From an uncultured Bacteroidales bacterium (lineage in GTDB: Bacteria; Bacteroidota; Bacteroidia; Bacteroidales; FEN-979), in assembly GCA_903915465.1 (NCBI GenBank), contig CAIWTA010000120.1, positions 591-64,590 of the forward strand: a DNA stretch of 64,000 nucleotides. The letters run 5' to 3'. Below, in pieces: positions 51,878-61,790 of the stretch (within the stretch, counting starts at the first letter, position 1; the number at the start of each line of letters is the position of its first letter). A model generated the notes under the pieces. That model was not told the origin of the DNA. It ran no database searches and was given only the letters and a program-made list of their open reading frames with translations. Made by a program: the position numbers and the translations under genes.

Positions 51878-51910
51878 GTACTTTCTTTTGGTGGAAGCAA
51901 AAGAAAGTAC
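51878..51910. repeat. Perfect 13-bp hairpin gtactttcttttg / caaaagaaagtac
   Basis: 7-nt loop gtggaag, about 100 nt upstream of the polysaccharide locus. Confidence 0.6.
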
Positions 51911-51984
51911 AGTAAAGGAAGGTAATTTTATTTAAGAATTGAAATTGTAGTAATGAAATTTCTAAACAGTCTCTTAGTTCCCTG

Positions 51985-51992
51985 TATCTTTG
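51985..51992 (+). promoter_or_regulatory. Bacteroidota -7 promoter box TATCTTTG
   Basis: TAnnTTTG match 17 nt upstream of the ATG at 52009. Confidence 0.4.
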
Positions 51993-52008
51993 CGTTAACA
52001 AACATTTC

Positions 52009-52704
52009 ATGAAAAATGAAACCATGAATGGTGAAACACTGAAAATATTTGAACAATACGAGAGAAGGAAGAATAATGAAAGAGTAAAAAGAGATGCTGC
52101 GAATTTCTATTTTAATCATTTTGCTCAATCAGAACGGGAGTTATTATACACAGAAATTATTCGAAAGCGTTTTGGTTCACCTGACTCAGTAAAACTTTTA
52201 GAAATTGGCGCAGGTACAGGAGGTAATTTATTTCTTTTCAAACGGATAGGTCTAAAATGGGAGAATATATTTGCAAATGAATTACTACCTGACAGGCTTG
52301 AGGATTTAAGGAATTCATTTCCAAAAATAAAGACGTTTAAAGGAGATGCCTGCGACATGGAAATCAACAAAGAGCTCTCGTTTGATATTGTATTTCAATC
52401 TACTGTATTTACCTCCATTTTGGATTTTGATTTTAAGATTAAATTAGCTGATAAAATGTGGTCATTATTAAATCCAGGAGGAATAATTTTATGGTATGAT
52501 TTTTCATTTGATAATCCCCGTAACAAAGATGTTAAAGGAATAAAGAAAAAAGAGATTGCTAAACTATTTAGTAAATCAGATAGAATTACTTTTCATAAGA
52601 CAACATTAGCTCCCCCGATTGGCAGGAAAGTAAAGAAACTTTATCCGTTTTTTAATGTATTTCCATTTTTAAGGACACATCTGATTGCAGAAATTGAAAA
52701 ATAA
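52009..52704 (+). CDS. Class I SAM-dependent methyltransferase
   Basis: Motif I LLEIGAGTGGNL and post-I/II spacing typical of the family. Confidence 0.8.
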   Translation: MKNETMNGETLKIFEQYERRKNNERVKRDAANFYFNHFAQSERELLYTEIIRKRFGSPDSVKLLEIGAGTGGNLFLFKRIGLKWENIFANELLPDRLEDLRNSFPKIKTFKGDACDMEINKELSFDIVFQSTVFTSILDFDFKIKLADKMWSLLNPGGIILWYDFSFDNPRNKDVKGIKKKEIAKLFSKSDRITFHKTTLAPPIGRKVKKLYPFFNVFPFLRTHLIAEIEK

Positions 52705-52779
52705 ATTATCTGAAGTGTTCATTTTTTCTCCTCCGAAATTGTCCGGCTTCGCTTTATTAAATGACACCCTTCCGATGTA

Positions 52780-54021
52780 ATGAAAAAAGATGTTCTGATA
52801 TATTTTGCGGGAAAAATCATCCCCGCCGGTGTCAACCTGGCTATTATCATTCTTGCTGTCAGGTTCCTGGGCAAAGCAGAATATGGTAAATATTCTCTGG
52901 TCTTTTATGCCACCATGCTGCTCAGCACATTTACCTTCGGGTGGATACAGCAGAGCATAATTCGATTTCTGAGCGCTTATCCGAAAGATCAGGTTCTTGT
53001 TATCAACCGTTTCTTTTTCCTGACCATAATGAGTACCCTGTCGGCTGTCATCATCGGGTTTTTCCTGTGCATTTTCTACTTTCATCTTCGATGGCCAGAG
53101 ACTGCTGTAGTCATGGTCTATATTTTTGTGTATAACATTTTTCTATTTCTCCTGACACTGAATCAAACAAACAGAAAATCATTACGTTACGCTATTCTTG
53201 AAGGAACCTACAGCCTGATTTATATTTTCTTATTCCTCCTTTTGGTATTGATTTTTAATCAACATTTATTTATTGTGCTTTTTGTAGCCATGGTTTTCGG
53301 GCTCCTGTTCACCGAATTTTTTTGGGTTACGGTTCTCTCTGAAGGAAAAGTCGTGTTTGATACTTCCCGCATATATTTTCATACCGGTTTTAGTAAGCAA
53401 GTATTCAATTTTGGATTCCCTATAACCATTTGGCTCTTCCTTTCCTATCTATTAAACATCTCTGACCGTTTTATAATTAAAGAGTACACTAGTTATGAAA
53501 ATGTAGGCACTTATTCGGCTATAAAAGATTTTATTATCAAGATCGCTACGTTCGCAACGGTCCCTATCCTTCTGGCCTACTATCCGATGATTGTCGAGAA
53601 ATGGAACGGGAACCGGAAACAGGAGGCAATAACACTGATCCGCGAAGGGTTGAAATATTGTTTTCTGATTGCCATTGCTGTTTTTGTGTTTTTTATGGTT
53701 TTTCAAAATATCTTTTACACAAGGATATTGCATTTGCAGGTAATGCACCAGTTACTTGTATCGGCAGCATTGATCGGTTCTGCTTTCTTATGGCAGGCTG
53801 CCCTTTTGATGCATAAACCACTCGAATTATTATTGAAGCCCCGCCTGATGCTGGTAGCCATTCTTGCTGCCCTCGCCGTTAATGCGCTGGCAAACCTGGT
53901 TTTTGTACCCATTTATGGGTATCCGGCATCTGCTGTCATATCGCTTGCTTCTGTAATCACTTATATTATCGTTATTTTTGTGTTTTTATTCCGGTTCCGT
54001 AAACAGGGATTACTTAAGTAG
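52780..54021 (+). CDS. wzx: Oligosaccharide flippase (Wzx / polysaccharide biosynthesis protein family)
   Basis: 413 aa with about 12 TM helices, positioned inside a glycosyltransferase cluster. Confidence 0.7.
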   Translation: MKKDVLIYFAGKIIPAGVNLAIIILAVRFLGKAEYGKYSLVFYATMLLSTFTFGWIQQSIIRFLSAYPKDQVLVINRFFFLTIMSTLSAVIIGFFLCIFYFHLRWPETAVVMVYIFVYNIFLFLLTLNQTNRKSLRYAILEGTYSLIYIFLFLLLVLIFNQHLFIVLFVAMVFGLLFTEFFWVTVLSEGKVVFDTSRIYFHTGFSKQVFNFGFPITIWLFLSYLLNISDRFIIKEYTSYENVGTYSAIKDFIIKIATFATVPILLAYYPMIVEKWNGNRKQEAITLIREGLKYCFLIAIAVFVFFMVFQNIFYTRILHLQVMHQLLVSAALIGSAFLWQAALLMHKPLELLLKPRLMLVAILAALAVNALANLVFVPIYGYPASAVISLASVITYIIVIFVFLFRFRKQGLLK

Positions 54022-54026
54022 ATAAA

Positions 54027-55301
54027 ATGAACAGGATAGAGTCGTTCATTTACCACGTGGTAAAACACAATCCAAGGGTCAAGGACCTGACCCGGGATGT
54101 CTATCAGGCACTTTTTTCCTTGATTCCGGTTCCACGTGAACAATCGATATACCCTGTCACTGTCAGGGAAGGATTTTTCTTCGGATTCCATGATAAAATA
54201 CCCTGGTCATCCGATAATTTATATCTTCTGGCCCACGGCTATCAGGGGCTTTCCAATAATACACCAAAGCCCGGAGATCAGATAGACATTGGGGTTTTTA
54301 CAGGCGACAATTTTCTCTTGTTTCAAAAAATCACCTCTACCTCTTGTTACAACTGGCAACAGGGAAGCATGTTGCAATGGCTGGGCCAGACCAATAAATT
54401 TATTTTTAATGATGTTGGCGGAGCAGACAATGTTGCTAAAATTTTCGATACAGACGGACATGCTGTTGGTTTTTTATCGAAAGCAATAGCAGCAGTTGAT
54501 CCCAATGGTACAAAGGCTTTATCGTACAATTTCGCGCGACTTCAACGACATTTCCCCGGTTATGGGTATGTTTACGGCAGCGATACTGAAATTGAAGAAC
54601 AAGCACCTTCATCTCATGGGTTAAGCATCATCAATATAGAGAATGACCTTGTTACTAAATTATTCTCGGCGAAGGATATTGCTTCAATACATCCCGAAAA
54701 AAACATGGACGGCGCCTGTCATTTTCTCACGCATTGTTTGTTCTCTCCTTCAGGCCAACGGTTTCTTTTTCTTCACCGCTGGATCAAACATGGAAATTTC
54801 ACCTATACGCGCATGTTTTCCTGCGATGTTAATGGACAGCATCTCCATTTATTTCCAGCGCATGAAATGGTTTCACACATTGCATGGCAGGATGAATCGC
54901 ATGTTCTTGCCTATAGTCGCTCGCCAGAAAATAAAGATGCATACATCCTTTTCCAGGATATGAGCGAATCCTATAAACTGATCGGAACGAATGTTTTTAC
55001 TTCCGACGGACATCCGTCGTTCCCGGAGCTAATTCCGGAATGGTATATTACAGACACATATCCTGACCGTTTACACCGTAGTTATCTTATTCTGTATAAT
55101 ATTTTAAAAAGGAAAAGATTTGATTTGGGATATTTCCGCCAGCCTTACAGCTACAGGGATGAAGTCAGGTGTGACCTGCATCCACGATGGAACCACGGTG
55201 GGACAATGATTTGTTTTGATTCAGCCCACAGCGGGAAAAGATCGCTGTGTACCATGAATATCGGAGATTTACTATTAACCGGCAATATCAATCCCCGCTG
55301 A
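54027..55301 (+). CDS. Hypothetical protein within the polysaccharide locus
   Basis: 424-aa ORF tightly packed between wzx and a GT2 gene. I recognise no motif. Confidence 0.5.
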   Translation: MNRIESFIYHVVKHNPRVKDLTRDVYQALFSLIPVPREQSIYPVTVREGFFFGFHDKIPWSSDNLYLLAHGYQGLSNNTPKPGDQIDIGVFTGDNFLLFQKITSTSCYNWQQGSMLQWLGQTNKFIFNDVGGADNVAKIFDTDGHAVGFLSKAIAAVDPNGTKALSYNFARLQRHFPGYGYVYGSDTEIEEQAPSSHGLSIINIENDLVTKLFSAKDIASIHPEKNMDGACHFLTHCLFSPSGQRFLFLHRWIKHGNFTYTRMFSCDVNGQHLHLFPAHEMVSHIAWQDESHVLAYSRSPENKDAYILFQDMSESYKLIGTNVFTSDGHPSFPELIPEWYITDTYPDRLHRSYLILYNILKRKRFDLGYFRQPYSYRDEVRCDLHPRWNHGGTMICFDSAHSGKRSLCTMNIGDLLLTGNINPR

Positions 55302-55304
55302 AAT

Positions 55305-56150
55305 ATGAATCAAGCCGACATATTGATCATTGGCGTAATTTACAATACATATCAGGAAACACTGCGGTATCTGAATAGTCTTGCACTTGTAACAGCCGAA
55401 AATATCGTCCTTATTCTGACAGATAACAGTGATATAGTGCAACCCCCGGACTTCCTGAGCAAAATCAAAGACTACCCGTTTCTTCATTACCTGAAACCGG
55501 GGAAAAATCTTGGGTATTTTCGTGGCGCTCAGGAGGGTTTGAACTACTATTTGCAGAAACATCCAAGCTATCCCGGATGGATCCTTGTTACCAATGTGGA
55601 TATTGTTTTTACTCCTCAGTTCTTTCAGAGGTTAACCCAATTAAACCATCAACAGAATCTTGGCATTGTTGCTCCATCCATCATTTCCCAAAAATGGAAT
55701 ACAGATTACAATCCGAAAATTTTAATGCGGTATTCCAAACGGAAGCTCCTGTTTTTCAGACTACTGTATTCTTGTTTTCTTTTTCATAATTTGTACCTTC
55801 TTGCTGGTTATTCTAAAAAATGGGGACGTGGTTTGCGGAGGAGGGAAAAAAGTGTAGCTGAATATCCTGTGCTTAAGGGAAGAAAAATCTATGCTCCTCA
55901 TGGCTCCTGCCTCGTTTTTAAGAATAACTATTTTACTTTAGGGGGGACACTGGGACTTCCCAATTTTCTTTTTGGAGAAGAGATCTTTGTGGCTGAGACC
56001 GCTGTGCGGCTGGGACTTGATGTGATCTATGACCCAGGAATGGTAATCCATGATTATGAACATGCCTCCATCGGATTTTTTGTAACCCCGGTAATCAATA
56101 AGCATTACAGGGAGTCTATCAATGCTATTCTTGAACGGTACTACCAATAA
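55305..56150 (+). CDS. Glycosyltransferase family 2-like
   Basis: ILIIGVIYNTYQETLRYL...LTDNS resembles a GT-A fold N-terminus (rhamnosyltransferase-like). Confidence 0.6.
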   Translation: MNQADILIIGVIYNTYQETLRYLNSLALVTAENIVLILTDNSDIVQPPDFLSKIKDYPFLHYLKPGKNLGYFRGAQEGLNYYLQKHPSYPGWILVTNVDIVFTPQFFQRLTQLNHQQNLGIVAPSIISQKWNTDYNPKILMRYSKRKLLFFRLLYSCFLFHNLYLLAGYSKKWGRGLRRREKSVAEYPVLKGRKIYAPHGSCLVFKNNYFTLGGTLGLPNFLFGEEIFVAETAVRLGLDVIYDPGMVIHDYEHASIGFFVTPVINKHYRESINAILERYYQ

Positions 56151-56205
56151 GATGAGACAACAGGATTGTGTTTGAAATTTTTCTATAATACAAACAAATA
56201 TTGAA

Positions 56206-56997
56206 ATGGATCTATTACGTCGTGCCATTCGCAGCATTATTAACCCTGATTCGAGTTTATACAAAGGTGGAGCCACTGTTATGGATTTCCTTACAACTAT
56301 GATGACAGATGGTTACAAAACCTGGTCTGTGCTTCAAGAGCTTGCAGAGGGAAAACAGAGCGATCCCCCGCGACCTGTTATCTTACGAAATCTGACACAT
56401 CCAATCCTTGTGCGACCAGGAACGCAAGATGCACATACAATAATAAACAATGTTGTTAGAAAAGAGTATGACCAGATGAAGCTAAGCACGCCTCCAAAAT
56501 GGATGATTGACGCAGGCGCTTACATTGGTGATACATCTGCCTATTTCCTTTCCAGGTTCCCTGATCTCAAAATTATCGCACTTGAACCAAATCCTTCAGC
56601 ACATGAGATAGCAAAGCAAAATCTCAAACCCTATGGCGACCGTGCAATCCTGTTGCAAAAAGGTCTGTATATATCCGATGGGACCGCTCTATTTTCGGGT
56701 GAAAGCACAGGCGCTTCGATTGCTGAAACGGGCTTTAAAATTGATTGCACGAATGTTTCATCTCTTCTAGAGCGCTATTCGATTCCGTTCGTAGATATTC
56801 TAAAAATGGATATTGAGGGCGCAGAAGAGGCTATCTTTAGTTCGAATCCAGAGATTTGGCTCAGTCGCATAAATATGTTGATTATTGAAATCCATAGCTC
56901 TCATGCCAAACCGCTGATTACTGGTGTTTTAACTGACAACGGCTTTTCCATGAAGCGATATAGATCAATCTGGTATTGTCAATCAGGCACAAAATAG
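56206..56997 (+). CDS. FkbM-family methyltransferase
   Basis: IDAGAYIGD...ALEPNP...ILKMDIEGAEE is typical of FkbM. Confidence 0.75.
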   Translation: MDLLRRAIRSIINPDSSLYKGGATVMDFLTTMMTDGYKTWSVLQELAEGKQSDPPRPVILRNLTHPILVRPGTQDAHTIINNVVRKEYDQMKLSTPPKWMIDAGAYIGDTSAYFLSRFPDLKIIALEPNPSAHEIAKQNLKPYGDRAILLQKGLYISDGTALFSGESTGASIAETGFKIDCTNVSSLLERYSIPFVDILKMDIEGAEEAIFSSNPEIWLSRINMLIIEIHSSHAKPLITGVLTDNGFSMKRYRSIWYCQSGTK

Positions 56998-57002
56998 CAT
57001 TT

Positions 57003-58028
57003 ATGGATCCTTTCGTCACAGTAATAATCCCCAGTTTCAACGAGGAAAAGCACATAACCTCCCTGCTTGAAAACATCCTCCACCAGGATTATCCAAGGGC
57101 GAAGCTTGAAGTTTTCATCATAGATGCTTTGAGTAACGACCGGACCAGGGAGATAATCGAAGAATATCATAATCGGAACCCATATATTCAAATGTTACTG
57201 AACGAAAAGCGGTTTGTTCCTTTTGCTCTTAATGCAGGTATCAAAAAGTCGCATGGAGATGTAATCGTAAGGATGGATGCCCATTCTGAGTATCCTGCGA
57301 ATTATATCAGCTTACTTGTTAAGAACCTTTTTGAACTCGACGCGGATAATGTTGGGGGCTTTTGGATAACGAAACCCGTTAACGATACTCCAAAAGCCAA
57401 TTCAATTGCCATTGCCTTAACATCTGTTTTTGGCGTGGGAGATGCACAATACCGGTTGGGGGTTAAAAAGGTGTGTAAAGTAGATACAGTTCCCTACGGG
57501 TGTTTCCGAAAATCGTTGTTTGACAGGATCGGATTGTTTGATGAAGAACTTCTGCGCAACCAAGACGATGAGTTTAACGCACGAATAATCGAAAATGGTG
57601 GTTCTATTTACCTGATTCCGGATATTGCTATTACCTATTTTGCACGTTCTGATATTTCATCGTTGGTCAAAATGTTTTTTCAATATGCGTTTTTTAAACC
57701 CTTAGTTAACAGGAAATTAAAAAAACCGGCCACCGTAAGGCAATTTATCCCCCTGCTTTTTGTACTGTTTTTACTTTTGGGGTGGTTGGGCACTTTCATT
57801 TTACCAGCCCTTTTCGCGGTTTATATCTTTGGTGCAGGATTGTATCTCCTTTTCAATATTTTTTTTACTATTAAAAGCACGGTGGATCATGGGAAAGGAT
57901 ATCTTCTTTTTTACTTGCCATGGATATTCTTTTTACAGCATCTGGCCTATGGGTTTGGGTATCTCGCCGGGATCATTAACTTTGTTCTTCTTAAAAAGTC
58001 GCCAACAACAATCAGCACTTCACGTTAA
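57003..58028 (+). CDS. Glycosyltransferase family 2 with C-terminal TM segments
   Basis: VTVIIPSFNEEKHI, DALSNDRT, RMDAH, QDDEFN. Start moved to MDPF (57003) to avoid overlap with the FkbM gene. Confidence 0.8.
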   Translation: MDPFVTVIIPSFNEEKHITSLLENILHQDYPRAKLEVFIIDALSNDRTREIIEEYHNRNPYIQMLLNEKRFVPFALNAGIKKSHGDVIVRMDAHSEYPANYISLLVKNLFELDADNVGGFWITKPVNDTPKANSIAIALTSVFGVGDAQYRLGVKKVCKVDTVPYGCFRKSLFDRIGLFDEELLRNQDDEFNARIIENGGSIYLIPDIAITYFARSDISSLVKMFFQYAFFKPLVNRKLKKPATVRQFIPLLFVLFLLLGWLGTFILPALFAVYIFGAGLYLLFNIFFTIKSTVDHGKGYLLFYLPWIFFLQHLAYGFGYLAGIINFVLLKKSPTTISTSR

Positions 58029-58041
58029 TTTTTTTAACCAA

Positions 58042-59280
58042 ATGCGACACAACGTACACCGTAAAATATTTTTTATTTCCTCCCTTTTTCTGACTTTTTG
58101 TCTCCCGCTTTTTCAAAAGGTTATCCCGGCCATTATTGTTGTTATGATGGCTAATTGGTTGATTAGTGGAATATACCTGACAACGATACCGAAATTACTT
58201 AAAGACAAGTGGCGAATCCTGACATTATCTTTCGCTTCGCTCTACCTGCTCTATCTGTCAGGGATGTTGTATTCAACTAATTACATCTATGGTTTGTCTG
58301 ATCTTGGGGTAAAATTCTCACTTTTTATCTTCCCGGTTATTTTTGCCACCTCCTATTTTCCTTTATTCAGTAAAAAAGAAACAGGGATTATTCTACGGGT
58401 TTTTGCCGCCGGGTGTATTGCAGGCAGCCTAATGTTGATCGGACGAGCTTTTTATCATAGTATCTTTCTTCACCAACCGGGTGTATTTTACTATGACAGT
58501 CTCTCCTGGATCTTTCATCCGGGGTATTATTCCATGTACATCGCTTTTGCCATGTCGAACATTCTTTATTTTCTCCTTATCCGGCAAAGCGTGAAAGGAT
58601 TCCTTAAAGTGGCAGGACATATTCTGATCCTTCTGTTTTTTACCCTGATGATTGTTCTGCTAAGTTCAAAAGCCGGTCTTCTGATATGGATTTCCGTCAT
58701 CTGTTTTTATGCGATTCTTCTTTTGGTCAAATACAAAAGATGGCTTACAAGCGTGACATTCGTTGCAGTAGCTTTTACGGCTTTTATTCTTTTTCTCCTG
58801 ACCTTCCCAAAAGCTGCAAGTAGGGTTTCGCAGGCAAAACAGGATATAGCATCAGCAGATTCCATAGCAAAATCCGGGCGGAGTACAGGCGACCGCGTTT
58901 TGATCTGGCAATCTTCCAAAGAAATTGTTAAACAGAATTTTCTTTTTGGCGTTGGAACCGGAGATGTCAGGGATAAACTGATGGAAGAATACAAGAGAAA
59001 AGATGTTTTAACTGTATTGAAACATTATCTCAATGCCCATAATCAGTACCTTCAGACTTTGATTGCTCTTGGAATATCCGGGCTACTTCTTCTGATGGCC
59101 ATGATTTTAATGCCTGCAATTTTTTCCGTCAAACGAGAAAATTATATCTACTTCGCCTTTTTGTTCATTGTTGGGATCAGTATGTTTTTTGAATCGATGC
59201 TTGAAAGGCAACAAGGAGTTGTGTTTTATGTATTTTTTAATACCTTTCTTTTTGCTGGGGCTGTTGTTGATACGGGTTAA
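58042..59280 (+). CDS. O-antigen polymerase/ligase (Wzy_C) family membrane protein
   Basis: Multi-TM protein with NAHNQYLQTLIALGISG. The listed ORF start 57760 lies inside the preceding gene in another frame, so the ATG at 58042 was chosen. Confidence 0.7.
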   Translation: MRHNVHRKIFFISSLFLTFCLPLFQKVIPAIIVVMMANWLISGIYLTTIPKLLKDKWRILTLSFASLYLLYLSGMLYSTNYIYGLSDLGVKFSLFIFPVIFATSYFPLFSKKETGIILRVFAAGCIAGSLMLIGRAFYHSIFLHQPGVFYYDSLSWIFHPGYYSMYIAFAMSNILYFLLIRQSVKGFLKVAGHILILLFFTLMIVLLSSKAGLLIWISVICFYAILLLVKYKRWLTSVTFVAVAFTAFILFLLTFPKAASRVSQAKQDIASADSIAKSGRSTGDRVLIWQSSKEIVKQNFLFGVGTGDVRDKLMEEYKRKDVLTVLKHYLNAHNQYLQTLIALGISGLLLLMAMILMPAIFSVKRENYIYFAFLFIVGISMFFESMLERQQGVVFYVFFNTFLFAGAVVDTG

Positions 59281-59460
59281 TATTTCTTCCCGGCACAATG
59301 GCGGAAACCTATTGCTAAATTAATCTGATATTTGCAAAAGATATTCAACTTGATGATCATAAAATTTTTAGCAGATTCGTCAAATCAGCATAATTATAAA
59401 TATTAAATATCGATATCCGAAAGATCGGGAATCCGGTAGCAATCAGCATCGAACATAAAA

Positions 59461-60231
59461 ATGACAAAACTCTCAGTCGTCATTATCACTTTTAACGAGG
59501 ATCGGAATATTGGCCGTTGCCTCGAGTCGGTGCAGGATATAGCAGATGAGATTGTGGTTGTTGATTCATATTCCACCGACAAAACCAAGGCAATTTGTAA
59601 AAAGTATGGTGTAAACTTTGTTGAGCATGATTTTGAAGGATATATCCGGCAGAAAAATTATGCTGTCAGCCAGGCCACTTTCCCTCATCAGCTATCATTG
59701 GATGCCGATGAGGCCTTGTCGGATGAATTGAAAACCGAGATAAAAAAGATAAAAGTAAATTGGCATTGCGATGGCTACCGTATGAACCGGCTGGCCAACT
59801 ATTGCGAAAAATGGATCAGGCACAGCGGTTGGTACCCTGATACCAAACTCAGGCTGTACGATTCGACAAAAGGAAAGTGGCAAGGTATTGACCCTCACGA
59901 TAAATTTGAGATGATTCCTGGCTCATCGGTGGGATTTTTACGAGGCAACATTTTGCATTACACTTATTCCACTAGCGAAGAGTACATCCGGCAGGCTGAT
60001 AAATTCAGCACCATTGCAGCCATGGAGTTGGTGGCACATGGAAAGCCTGTTTATTTTTTCATGATCGTACTCAATCCGATTGCAAAGTTTATCCGGAATT
60101 ATGTGCTTCGGCTCGGTTTTTTAGATGGATATTACGGTTACCGTATTTGCCGGATCGCTGCCGGCGAAACTTTCCAGAAATACAGAAAAGCATTGCGGTT
60201 AAAGCGATTAGAAGGGAAAAAAAGCTTTTAG
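59461..60231 (+). CDS. Glycosyltransferase family 2 (LPS-core type)
   Basis: LSVVIITFNEDRNIGRCLESV...VVVDSYSTDKT...DADE. Confidence 0.8.
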   Translation: MTKLSVVIITFNEDRNIGRCLESVQDIADEIVVVDSYSTDKTKAICKKYGVNFVEHDFEGYIRQKNYAVSQATFPHQLSLDADEALSDELKTEIKKIKVNWHCDGYRMNRLANYCEKWIRHSGWYPDTKLRLYDSTKGKWQGIDPHDKFEMIPGSSVGFLRGNILHYTYSTSEEYIRQADKFSTIAAMELVAHGKPVYFFMIVLNPIAKFIRNYVLRLGFLDGYYGYRICRIAAGETFQKYRKALRLKRLEGKKSF

Positions 60232-61101
60232 CCGGTCGCGAAGCAACCTCAGCTTAAAATCAGTGTTCTTTTCCGGCTCTTTTAGATAACCTGTAAACGG
60301 TTCTCCCATGTGAAGGTAATATCTTCGGAACGTAGAATTGCTTATCCCCCACTTTTTCAAAAATTGCTTCCTTCCTTCGTTTTTTTTAACGCGCTGCACA
60401 CTTCTGGAAATAAAATGATAGCTCCGGCTTTTGCTTACCCCTTTGAAATAACGAACTCCAGCCTGCCACAACTTCATCATAAAATCTGGGTCAGAATACA
60501 TCCCCGGAGTGAATTCAACGCTTAGTCCACCAACAATATTCCAAAGGTTTCTGTGAACGGCTAAAGGGTACCAACTGCTGCCGTTCCAGTCGGCAAATGG
60601 AATTTGTGCGAATACTTCGAGCAACTCATTTTCATTAAATTCTTCAGGAGAGGCACCAAAACTCAAGGGCGCGATCACGCAATTGTTCAAAGTAACGCGC
60701 GGCTCAATCTTGGTACCGGAAACAGCGAAATATCCATGCCCGATTTTTTGGATTTCTTCCCACAGATATAAATCCCAGTCAGGCAACAGGTAATTATCGT
60801 CATCTATCAGCAGGAGAAAATCGGATTTAGCCAGCGTGGCTGCAGCATTAAAAGCGTAACAAACGCCCACATTTGATTGGGAATAGCTATGATCGAGTGC
60901 CTGGTTTTTCACCCATTCGCTGGTTCCGTCGCTTCCTTCATTGACGTGAACAATGATCTGATGGTTAAACCGGCTGTTTTTTCGTATGCTCCCGATACAA
61001 AGTTTTAGATATTGCAAGCTGTTCCACGTAGGAATGAGGATAGAGAATATTGCCTTTCCCTCATGTCCGCCCGGAGTAAATGTAATTTCCTCAATTTTCA
61101 T
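60208..61101 (-). CDS. Glycosyltransferase family 2-like
   Basis: FSILIPTWNSLQYLKLCIGSI...LLLIDDDNY. Confidence 0.7.
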   Translation of the reverse strand: MKIEEITFTPGGHEGKAIFSILIPTWNSLQYLKLCIGSIRKNSRFNHQIIVHVNEGSDGTSEWVKNQALDHSYSQSNVGVCYAFNAAATLAKSDFLLLIDDDNYLLPDWDLYLWEEIQKIGHGYFAVSGTKIEPRVTLNNCVIAPLSFGASPEEFNENELLEVFAQIPFADWNGSSWYPLAVHRNLWNIVGGLSVEFTPGMYSDPDFMMKLWQAGVRYFKGVSKSRSYHFISRSVQRVKKNEGRKQFLKKWGISNSTFRRYYLHMGEPFTGYLKEPEKNTDFKLRLLRDRLKAFFPF

Positions 61102-61270
61102 TTGTTCGCTAACTGATTTTCACATTTTCAAATAGTAAATGCACCTACATATATTTCAGGCATATTTTAACCTTACCATAAAAAAACCAAGGACTCAAAC
61201 AAAAGTAATGAAATAGTTGGCATCTTCCGATTTCGTTTGGTATGGAATTGCAATGTTAAACGGTCTTTTA

Positions 61271-61313
61271 AAAGGAAAGAGGTTGTCAGTGACCCTGGCA
61301 ACCTCTTTCCTTT
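61271..61313. terminator. Perfect 15-bp hairpin terminator (aaaggaaagaggttg / caacctctttccttt)
   Basis: Immediately downstream of the minus-strand ORF ending at 61330, with T/A runs on both sides. Confidence 0.6.
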
Positions 61314-61329
61314 ATGAATCAGAAAGCAA

Positions 61330-61554
61330 CTATTTATCTTTTTTTGGAGTTCCTTTATGCTTCTTGGAATGGGAAGCAGAAGTTGGTTCTTTTTTAGCCG
61401 GTGCAGGAGTTGCGGCAGTTTTTTCAGCAGGTTTTACCTGTTCGGTTTTTGGAGCTGGTTTTTTCTGATCCTGTTTTGCAGCAGCAGGTTTATCCTGGCC
61501 AAATGCTACAGTCGTAAAAAATACGATACCCAATAAGAATGCTAACTTTTTCAT
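61330..61554 (-). CDS. Small secreted Lys/Pro/Ala-rich protein
   Basis: Signal peptide MKKLAFLLGIVFFTTVAFG|Q, a low-complexity KPA-rich mature part, and a strong hairpin downstream. Confidence 0.55.
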   Translation of the reverse strand: MKKLAFLLGIVFFTTVAFGQDKPAAAKQDQKKPAPKTEQVKPAEKTAATPAPAKKEPTSASHSKKHKGTPKKDK

Positions 61555-61771
61555 TTGTTTATTTAATTTTTATGAGATGAATAATTATTGTTGTGCAAAT
61601 TAAAAGATAGATTCTGAATATTTTCTGTACTTCATTTATGGGATGATATAATCAGCACCCTGCGATCTTCAGCAAAAGCCCTATGCTGGAAAGACAATTA
61701 ATGAACTACCCCGCAGCAAACAACGGGGTATCAGAATTCAGATTTCAGAAAGAAGAAAAAACAATATATAA

Positions 61772-61790
61772 TTCTGAATTCCTGCATTCT
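61772..61790. repeat. Dispersed copy of ttctgaattcctgcattct
   Basis: 19 of 19 identical to 11627-11645 and 11642-11660. tatcagaattc also precedes both loci. Confidence 0.7.

Noticed and set aside
57760-58041. N-terminal 94 codons of the listed ORF 57760-59280
   Set aside because: This part lies entirely inside the preceding GT2 gene in another frame. The Wzy-like protein more plausibly starts at the ATG at 58042, 14 nt after the GT2 stop.
61217-61468. 83-aa plus-strand ORF antisense to the small secreted protein gene
   Set aside because: It has no signal or motif and includes the terminator hairpin within its 5' part. The minus-strand ORF has a signal peptide that obeys the Gln(+1) rule.
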